A stretch of 60,646 nucleotides of DNA from Polyangiaceae bacterium. GTDB taxonomy: Bacteria > Desulfobacterota > Binatia > UTPRO1. Both the position numbers and the translations under genes were made by a program. Numbering within the stretch: the stretch's first letter is position 1; each line of letters starts with the position of its first letter. Where the stretch lies: assembly GCA_031400185.1 (NCBI GenBank), contig JANNPN010000460.1:1-60646 (forward strand), written 5' to 3'. The notes under the pieces were generated by a model. It saw only the letters and a program-made list of their open reading frames with translations, did not search any database and had not been told where the DNA came from. Shown here one piece after another: positions 9,891 to 21,873 of this stretch.

Positions 9891-12320
9891 TCAGGCCGCG
9901 GTCGCGGACGTCGGTACGACGAGCGGCATGTCGAGCTCGACGGTCGTGCCTTCGCCGGGAAGCGAACGGACCTCGAGCCGTCCGCTCAGCGCTTGCGCAC
10001 GCTCCCGCATGCTCGCGAGCCCGAGGGCCCGCAGCTCGCTCGCCGCGACGTCGAACCCGCGGCCGTCGTCGCTCACGCTGAGGTACAAACGCTCGCCCGC
10101 CACCGCGAGCGTCACCGCCACGTGCCGTGCGTCGGCGTGCCGGACCGCGTTCGTCACGGCTTCCTGCGCGATCCGATAGATCGTGACCTCGATCGATTCG
10201 TCCAGCCGCGGGATGGCCGCCGCAAACGCGGTCTCAACGCTCGTGCGTTCGGTCGAGAGCCCCGTGGCGAGCGCGCGCAGGCTCGACTCGAGCCCGAAAT
10301 CGGCGAGAGCGAGCGGACGGAGATCGCGCGCCAGGAGCCGCAGATGGTCCACCACCTCGCGCAGATAGCGGGTCGCGCGCGTGAGGTCCGCCGCGAGGGG
10401 AGGCGGCGCGGCGCCGAGGCGGCCCGCCACCGACTCGACGAGGATGCCGACCGCCACGAGCTCCTGGCAGACGTCGTCATGCAGGTCGAAGCTCAGGCGT
10501 TTGCGCTCCTCCTCGCGGATCGCGACTTGCCGTTGCGCGAGCATCCGCAGCTTCTCCTGGCTCTGCTGCAGCTCCTCGAGCGACGCGCGCAGGGCGTCCT
10601 GGGCGCGCCGGCGCTCCGTGACGTCGCGTCCGGTCGCTTGCCCCTCGAGCACCATGCCCGAGCCGTCGCTCACGGCGCTTGCCTCCCATTCGAACCATCG
10701 CCACCCGTGCACGGTCCGCGACCGCACCTCGACCGTGTCGCGGTACGGCGGCCGCATCGTCGCCGCGACGGCCGCACGCAGCGGCTCGACGTCGTCCTCG
10801 TGGACGAGCGGCCAGAACTCCTGCCCGATGACATCCTCGCGCGGGACGCCGTACGTGTCGCAGTAGGCGTCGTTGGCGAACGTCACGCGACCGCGCGCGT
10901 CGAACCGGAGCACGATCTCGCGTTGCGACTCGACGAGCCCGCGATAGCGCGCCTCGCTCGCACGCAGCGCCTGCTCGGCGAGCTTCCGCTCGGTCACGTC
11001 GAGCGCCGTCGCGAGCATGGTCGGCACGCCCTCGAGCTCGACCATCGTCACCCTGATGTCCACCCAGCGCGGCTCGCCCGACTTGGTCGCCAGACGGTAC
11101 TCGGCGTAGGGCAAGAGCCGTGCTCCGTCGAGGCGGGCCGTGACCTTGGCGCGCGCCGTCGCGCGCTCGTCCGGGTGGACGAGGTCCCAGACCTGCTTGC
11201 CGAGCAACTCTCCACGGTCGAACCCGGTCATGGCCGAGACGGCGGGGTTGACGTACGTGATGCCGTCACGCTGAGCGATCAGCATCGCGGACGCCATCGA
11301 CTCGGCGAAGCTCCGAAAGCGCTCCTCGCTCGTGCGGAGCGCGTGCTCCGCGAGCCGCTTCTCGGTGACGTCGCGGCTCGAGCCTTGGACGCCGACGACC
11401 TCCCCGTGGGAACCGAGCACGGGGGCGGAGACGGCCTCGACCCAACGCGGGCCGTCGACGGTCGTCATCTGGAGGAGCTGCGGCGGGACGGGCTCGCCGG
11501 ACGCCAGGCGCGCGATCAACGTCGCGGGATCGGGCTGGCCGGGATGATCGACGAGGATGTCTCTGACCGGTTGACCGATCATGCTCGCCACGGTCCGACC
11601 GCAGCGACGCGCGAGCGCCTCGTTGACGTACGTCCACCGCCCGTCGAGGTCGATCGCCCAGATGAAATCGACCGCGTTCTCGGCGAGCGCGCGATAGGCT
11701 CCCAACGACGCGGCGAGCTGACGGTCGAACTCGAGGGCGGCGAAGCGGGCAAGCACCTCGCCGCGAAACGCATGCGACGCCCACTGGCTCGCGACCAGCG
11801 CGATCAAGTTGCCGACCGAGATCGCCGCGACGATCTCGGGCAGCGGCAAGTGGCGCGGCAGGGTACCGAGCGCGACGAACCAGGCGATCGTGAGGCTCCC
11901 TTGAAACACCAGCTGCGGCGCGAGTCCCCACGAGAGCACGAGCGGCGCGGCGCTCAGCATCGAGACGACGCCCGCGGTGAGCATCGACGTCATGGTCGCC
12001 GTGACCGTGAGGATCCACACCCACACGAGACCCACCACGAAGCACGTGGCAACGGCGATCGGAACGACGGCCCCGCCCGTCGGCGTCGACCGACAGAGCG
12101 CGGTGGCACCGGCGAACTCGCCGCCCTGGACGACCAGGATGGCAATGACGACGCCGAGCGGCGCGGCCGACCGCACCGCGTTCGAATCGGCGAGCGCAGC
12201 GAATACGAACCACATGATCGAGCACCCGAACACGACCCATGCGAGGTGCGGGAGCTGCGCGGCGACGCGCGCGCGATGCGCGTCGCGGAGACTCCGATCG
12301 AGCGTCGATTCGGGGGACAT
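9891..12320 (-). CDS. Membrane-bound PAS-PAS-PAS sensor histidine kinase, HisKA_3 (NarX/UhpB type)
   Basis: N-terminal TM helices, three PAS/PAC repeats each ending (R/L)DVTE(K/R)R/K, H-box EERKRLSFDLHDDVCQ, and ATPase RIAQEAVTNAVRHA...VSDDGRGF...GLASMRERA. Confidence 0.92.
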   Translation of the reverse strand: MSPESTLDRSLRDAHRARVAAQLPHLAWVVFGCSIMWFVFAALADSNAVRSAAPLGVVIAILVVQGGEFAGATALCRSTPTGGAVVPIAVATCFVVGLVWVWILTVTATMTSMLTAGVVSMLSAAPLVLSWGLAPQLVFQGSLTIAWFVALGTLPRHLPLPEIVAAISVGNLIALVASQWASHAFRGEVLARFAALEFDRQLAASLGAYRALAENAVDFIWAIDLDGRWTYVNEALARRCGRTVASMIGQPVRDILVDHPGQPDPATLIARLASGEPVPPQLLQMTTVDGPRWVEAVSAPVLGSHGEVVGVQGSSRDVTEKRLAEHALRTSEERFRSFAESMASAMLIAQRDGITYVNPAVSAMTGFDRGELLGKQVWDLVHPDERATARAKVTARLDGARLLPYAEYRLATKSGEPRWVDIRVTMVELEGVPTMLATALDVTERKLAEQALRASEARYRGLVESQREIVLRFDARGRVTFANDAYCDTYGVPREDVIGQEFWPLVHEDDVEPLRAAVAATMRPPYRDTVEVRSRTVHGWRWFEWEASAVSDGSGMVLEGQATGRDVTERRRAQDALRASLEELQQSQEKLRMLAQRQVAIREEERKRLSFDLHDDVCQELVAVGILVESVAGRLGAAPPPLAADLTRATRYLREVVDHLRLLARDLRPLALADFGLESSLRALATGLSTERTSVETAFAAAIPRLDESIEVTIYRIAQEAVTNAVRHADARHVAVTLAVAGERLYLSVSDDGRGFDVAASELRALGLASMRERAQALSGRLEVRSLPGEGTTVELDMPLVVPTSATAA

Positions 12321-12390
12321 ACGGCTTCGACGCGAGTGTTAGCGAACCACCTTCCGTCCGGTCAACGCCGCACGGCTCGTGCCCCGACGG

Positions 12391-15597
<3,207 letters not shown>

Positions 15598-15598
15598 G

Positions 15599-16740
<1,142 letters not shown>

Positions 16741-16744
<4 letters not shown>

Positions 16745-18036
16745 CGCGTGAACCTCCCCTGAAGATCACCGTCAATGACGCGGCCGCCGAGACAGACCGC
16801 GAGCGCTCGCCCGCGCATGGCGCGGGCGGTAAACGGCGTGTTGCGGCTCCGCGAGCGGAACCGTGTCGGGTCGACCGTCCAGCGCGCGTCGGGATCGATC
16901 AACGTGATGTCGGCGATCCGCCCGGCCGCGAGGCTGCCGCTGGCGATGCCGAGCGCGGTCGCGGGGCCGACGGTGAGCGCGCGAATCGCCGTCGCGACCG
17001 CGAGCAGCCCGGCGTGGACCAGCGCCAGCACGAGCGCGAGCGTCGTCTCGAGGCCGACGATGCCGAACGGCGCGTCGTGCATCCCGCGCGCCTTCTCGTC
17101 GGCGTGGTGGGGTGCGTGGTCCGATGCGATCGCGCCGATCGTACCGTCGGCGAGGCCGGCGCGCACGGCGGCGACGTCGGCGTCGGTCCGGAGGGGCGGG
17201 TTCATCTTGGCGAGCGTGCCGTGCTGCGCGACCGCGTCCGCGTCGAGGGTGAAGTGATGCGGAGTCGCCTCCGCCGTAATTCGCGTACCGGCGTCCCGGG
17301 CCGCGCGGACCGCGGCGACGGCGTCGCGCGTGCTGATGTGCGCCACGTGGAGCCGCGCCCCGGTCTCGCGTGCGAGGGCGCAGTCGCGCTCCACCATGAC
17401 GCTCTCGGCGGTCGGAGGCATGCCGGGGAGACCGAGACGATCGGCGACCGGACCCGCATGCATGACGCCGCCGCACGCGAGCGTTCGGTCTTCCTCGTGC
17501 GCGATCACGACGGCGCCGACCTCGCGACCACGAAGCAGCGCGCGCCGCATGACGTCGGGGTGCATGATCGGCATGCCGTCATCGGAGAACGCGACCGCGC
17601 CCGCGGCGCGCAGCGCGACGAAGTCGGTGAGCACCTCGCCGGCAAGCCCTCTGGTGACGGCGGCGATGGGCAGCACGCGCGCGAGCCCGGCTTCCGCGGC
17701 GCGCGCGATCATCCAGCGCGTGATCTCCGGATCGTCGTTCACGGGCGATGTGTTCGCCATCGCCGCGACCGTCGTGAACCCGCCGGCGACGGCCGCCGCG
17801 GCGCCGGTCGCGATCGTCGCCTTGTGCTCCTGGCCCGGCTCCCGGAGATGGACGTGCATGTCGATCAAGCCGGGGGTGATCCAGAGCCCATGCGCGTCGA
17901 TCGCGGCGCGCGCCGGCGGCGGGTCGTCGGTCGTCACGCCGACGATGCGGCCGGCGTCGACCAACACGTGCGCGACGCCATCCAGCTCGCATGCCGGGTC
18001 GAGCACGCGACCGCCGCGGATCACGAGGTCGATCAC
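16741..18036 (-). CDS. pyrC: Dihydroorotase (type I, multifunctional-complex type)
   Basis: [29 protein letters not shown] and IASDHAPH. Confidence 0.95.
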
Positions 18037-19979
18037 GCCGCGACCTTCGGGTCGACGTACGAGTAGATGACCACGCGATCGCGGTGCTCGCGGTCGAGCT
18101 CGCGGAGGCGCACGCGCACGCGCTCGTGCGGTGCCGTCGGCAGGTGCTTCCCGACGTACGTGGGCTTGAGTGGGAGCTGCCGATGGCCGCGGTCGATCAA
18201 GACCGCGAGCCGCGCGGAACGCGGCCTTCCCGCGCGCCAGACGGCCGCCAGAGCGTCCTTCACCGTCCAGCCGGTGTTGATGACGTCATCGACGACGACG
18301 ACGTGGCGGTCCTCGATCGTGACGCTGCCGGTGTCGGTCCCTTGTGTCGCCGGCCAGCGCGGGATCGTGTCGCCACCGCCCTGCACGTCGAGCACCCCGA
18401 GGTCGACCGCGGCGCCCCGCATCACGCGAATGCGCTCGACGATGCGATGCGCGAGAAAGGCACCCGCGGTGCGGATGCCGACGATCACGAGCTCCTTCAG
18501 CTCACTCGTGTCGCGCAGGATCGCGTCGGTGAGCTCGGCGATCGCACGGTCGACTTCCTGCGCCGTCATGATCGATTTCTGCGGACCCAGCTTGTACGAC
18601 TTGTACGCGGCCTCTTCGGCCTGCTTCACGGTGTCGAAGATGACCAGCGCGTCGTCGCGGAGCCACGCGTCGAGGTAGCCGAACATGGGCTCCTCGTAGA
18701 CGTGGAAGTGCTTCGACTTGCGGTTGCCGATCACCTGGATGCGGGTCTCATGGTCGCAGTAGAGACAGACGAGGTGCGCGCGCCCGCCGGCTTCGCGGTG
18801 GAAGCGGAAGCGGCGCTCGGACGTCACTTCTTCCCGACGCGTAATACAGTTGGGGTTGCTGCACCGCGGCCCGATGCGCATGGCGCCGCGCTCGGCGCGC
18901 GCCGGCGGCACCGAGACGCCGCGTCCGGCGCGCTCGGCGAGCACCATCTCGATCAGCGCCATCCGGATGGGGACACCCGACGCGGCTTGCCGGAAGTAGA
19001 GCGCGCGCGGGTCGCGGTCCATCGCCGACGAGATCTCCCCCGTCCGCGGCAGCGGGTGCATGAGGACCGTGTGGCGCATCGCCGGGTCCTGGAACGTGTC
19101 GGTGTCGATGCGCAGGTACTCGACGCCGTCGTCGGTCGAGTCGTCGCGCCGCTCGCGCTGTGGCCGCGTCATGTAGAGCGCGTCGAGCGTGATCGGCTCG
19201 GCTTCGGCGAGGCGTTCTTGCAAGTCGAACTCGGTGTCGGTGAACAAGGTCAGCTGGTGCGGGCGGGCCGGTGCCAGATAAAGCGCATTGACGTCGCGGG
19301 CGAGCGTCTTCAGATCGCTCGGCCGCGCGATCGTCGGCCGGTAGCCGTATTCCTCCGTGACCTTTTGCAGCAACCAGTCGGGAAACTCCATCCCGCGCGC
19401 CGGGATGATGACGATGTTCGCCTTGAAGCGGGCCAGTGCGCGGACGAGCGAATGCGCCGTGCGGCCGCGCTTCAGATCCCCGCCGATCGCGACCGTGATC
19501 CCCCGGAGCGTGCCCTTCGCACGCTTCAACGTGTAGAGATCACAGAGGGTTTGCGTCGGGTGCTCGTGGCTGCCGTCGCCCGCATTGATGAGGGAGACGT
19601 CGGCGTGCTCGGCGGCGACGCGCGCCGCGCCGTCCCAGAAATGGCGGAGCACGAGGATGTCGGCGTAGCTCGAGACGACCTTGGCGGTGTCAGCGAGCGT
19701 CTCGCCCTTGGACGCCGACGAGCTCTTCATGTCGGACGCGCTGATGACGGCGCCGCCGAGGCGCCACATGGCGGCCTCGAAGGAGAGGCGCGTGCGCGTG
19801 CTCGGCTCGTAGAACAGCGTCGCCATGATGCTGCCGGTAGCGCTCCGCGGGATCTTTCCGGCGCCGGAATCCGGCGCCTGGGATTCCGCGAGCGCGGTCT
19901 CCAGCTCCTAGGCGCGGCGCAGGAGGCTCTCGATCTCCTCGTCGGAGAGGTCCGCGAGGGCGAGCACGTGGCGGCTCAT
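18033..19979 (-). CDS. pyrB: Aspartate carbamoyltransferase fused to PyrI-type Zn domain, Ada-like module and PyrR-like PRTase domain; in-frame TAG at codon 24 (19908-19910)
   Basis: MSRHVLALADLSDEEIESLLRRA*ELETAL...GSIMATLFYEPSTRTR is one continuous frame. ATCase motifs STRT, SKGET, LRH, HPTQ, GRT, TRPQ and HPLP are present. These are followed by CSNPNC...CLYC (18756-18863) and then a PyrR-like domain with VVVVDDVINTGWT and LIDRGHRQLP (about 18057-18575). Confidence 0.9.
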
Positions 19980-19989
19980 CGGAGAGCCT

Positions 19990-20523
19990 TCATACGAGCG
20001 CGACTTCGTCGCGGCCGTCGAGCTCGCGGACGCGGACGTGCACGCGTCGAAGCTCGGTGCCGGCGACGTTCTGCCCGACGAAGTCGGCTCGAATCGGGAC
20101 CTCGCGGTTGCCACGATCGACCAGCACCGCCACCTGGATCGCGCGTGGCCGCCCGAGCCCGGCGAGGATGTCGAGCGCGACCCGCACCGTGCGGCCGGTC
20201 GAGAGCACGTCGTCGACCAGCACGACCACCGCGTCGTCGATCGAGAACGCGACGTCGGTCTCCGGACCCTCGATGCGGTCGCGCGGCTCTTCCACGTCGT
20301 CGCGATACGGCGTGATGTCGATCGCCCCGACTGGGACGACTCGCGCCGCGAGCTCCTCGATCTTTTGCGCGATGCGGTGAGCGAGCTGGACCCCGCGCGA
20401 GCGGACGCCGACCAGCACCACGCGCTCGACGCTCCGGTCGCGCTCGAGGATCTGGTGCGCGAGGCGCGCAACGGCACGCCCGATGGCGCCGCCATCGAGG
20501 AGGATCGCAGGCGATTCCGACAC
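19990..20523 (-). CDS. pyrR: Pyrimidine operon attenuation protein / uracil phosphoribosyltransferase
   Basis: RLAHQILER, VGVRSRG, IDITPYRDD, VLVDDVLSTGRT and VDRGNREVPIRADFVG. Confidence 0.93.
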   Translation of the reverse strand: MSESPAILLDGGAIGRAVARLAHQILERDRSVERVVLVGVRSRGVQLAHRIAQKIEELAARVVPVGAIDITPYRDDVEEPRDRIEGPETDVAFSIDDAVVVLVDDVLSTGRTVRVALDILAGLGRPRAIQVAVLVDRGNREVPIRADFVGQNVAGTELRRVHVRVRELDGRDEVALV

Positions 20524-20544
20524 TATCGGGACTCGCGAGACACG

Positions 20545-20578
20545 AAAAAGCCCTCCCGACCGGAGCCGGGAGGGCTTT
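20545..20578 (-). terminator. Rho-independent attenuator terminator in the pyr leader
   Basis: Minus strand reads AAAGCCCTCCCGGC-TCCG-GTCGGGAGGGCTTTTT, a long GC stem plus U tract 21 nt upstream of the pyrR start. Confidence 0.9.
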
Positions 20579-20619
20579 CGAACGAGTAAAAACGGAACGT
20601 GGAGAGGGTCACCGGACCG

Positions 20620-20654
20620 ACCTTTCCTGACCTCGGAGGGTCAGATTAAAAGGT
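20620..20654 (-). ncRNA. PyrR-binding RNA element (anti-antiterminator)
   Basis: Minus strand reads ACCUUUUAAUCUGACCCUCCGAGGUCAGGAAAGGU. It has the CUUUAA...AAAG lower stem and a GACC-CUCCGA-GGUC upper stem-loop resembling the ARUCCNGNGAGGYU consensus. Confidence 0.82.
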
Positions 20655-20662
20655 ACATGGAA

Positions 20663-20691
20663 TTCGTACGCCCGACCGTGGAGCATGTCAA
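20663..20691 (-). promoter_or_regulatory. Sigma70-type promoter of the pyr operon
   Basis: TTGACA (20691-20686), 17-nt spacer, TACGAA (20668-20663), immediately upstream of the PyrR element. Confidence 0.65.
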
Positions 20692-20733
20692 GCTTCAACC
20701 GCGCAGACGGGCGTTGGAGAGCGTCCGTTTGCC

Positions 20734-21153
20734 ATGACACCTGACGACAACAATCGCAAGGATGCGAACGGCCTGACGGAGACGAGGCTGGACCGCTGGC
20801 TATGGGCCGCCCGCTTCTTCAAGACGCGCGGTCTCGCGGCCGAGGCCGTGGCCGGCGGGCGTGTCCACTTGAACGACGCCCGCACCAAGCCCGGGAAAAC
20901 GACGCGCGTCGGCGACACCGTGAGCATTCAGCGCGGCGAGCTCTCGACGGTGGTCGTCGTGCGGGGTCTCGCGGAGCACCGCCGACCGGCGGCGGAAGCA
21001 ATCGCGCTCTACGAGGAGACGCCGGCGAGCGCGGCCGAGCGCACGGCCTTCGTCGAGCGGCGTCGCGCAGCGGCGGCCGGACGGTTCGACCGGCTCGGGC
21101 GCCCGACCAAGCAGGCGCGCCGCGAAAGCATCCGGCTCCGGCGCGGATCCTGA
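20734..21153 (+). CDS. hslR: Ribosome-associated heat shock protein Hsp15 (S4 domain)
   Basis: RLDRWLWAARFFKTRGLA...GGRVHLN...KP...VGD...LYEET...GRPTKQARR. Confidence 0.92.
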   Translation: MTPDDNNRKDANGLTETRLDRWLWAARFFKTRGLAAEAVAGGRVHLNDARTKPGKTTRVGDTVSIQRGELSTVVVVRGLAEHRRPAAEAIALYEETPASAAERTAFVERRRAAAAGRFDRLGRPTKQARRESIRLRRGS

Positions 21154-21159
21154 CGGGGG

Positions 21160-21828
21160 TCAGCCGCCGAACCAGCTCGGGTGGAAATACCGGAGCAGCC
21201 CCGTAACCGCCAGGCCGCCGAGGAGAACTACCGGCCCAAGCTCTCGAATTCCCTCGAGTGTTCGGTCGCCTGTGAACGGGATGAAGGGGGTCTCGCGGTA
21301 GAACGCCGCGAAGCCCGGCGGGCCGGTGACGAGCTTTCGGCGGTCTTGGTGCCAGCAGCCGACGAGTGCAAACAGTGGAAATCCCGCGAAGAAGGAGGCG
21401 ACGTCGGCGGCGTTGCCGTTGGGGATGAGGTGCAGCAGGCCGAAGATCCCAAGACCCATGAACAGGGGGTGGCGCGTCAGTCGGAGCGCGCCCCGCGGCG
21501 TCGGGTCGCCCGGGACGATGTTGCCGGGACTCGGCCGAACGAGACCCGACACCACCAGAACGAACGCGACCACCATCCCGCCGTAGATCACCCAGCGGAG
21601 ACCGGTGCCGACCGGAATCGACCAGAGCAGCGGACCCGCATGCTTGTTCGCGAAGTACGTCCGGACGAGCGGCACGAAGAGCGCGATCGCGAGCACGGAG
21701 TACACCCCGAGGAAGGCGCTCTCCCCAAGCTTGGCCACCAAGGCGCGGCGGATGCCCACGCTCGAGAGCAGCATGTGACTGCCTCCGAACGCGAGCCACA
21801 ACGCGGTGATCGTAGCGGTCGCGGCCAT
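21160..21828 (-). CDS. NnrU family membrane protein
   Basis: FGGSHMLLSS...R..LV..LGE..FLGVYSVLA; LRLTRHPLFMG; HQDRRK; TPFIPF. The start could be as far upstream as 21864. Confidence 0.8.
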   Translation of the reverse strand: MAATATITALWLAFGGSHMLLSSVGIRRALVAKLGESAFLGVYSVLAIALFVPLVRTYFANKHAGPLLWSIPVGTGLRWVIYGGMVVAFVLVVSGLVRPSPGNIVPGDPTPRGALRLTRHPLFMGLGIFGLLHLIPNGNAADVASFFAGFPLFALVGCWHQDRRKLVTGPPGFAAFYRETPFIPFTGDRTLEGIRELGPVVLLGGLAVTGLLRYFHPSWFGG

Positions 21829-21873
21829 GGCGATCGCGTTACCGTCGACCCGCCGCCGGCGCAAGACGCCGGC

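Noticed and set aside
19908-19910. Genome-wide TAG reassignment or pyrrolysine as the explanation for the pyrB amber codon
   Set aside because: TAG is the normal stop of several clear genes here (large surface protein, rplU, rpmA, REC-lpxC, fabF), and no pyl genes or suppressor tRNA are seen in the window.
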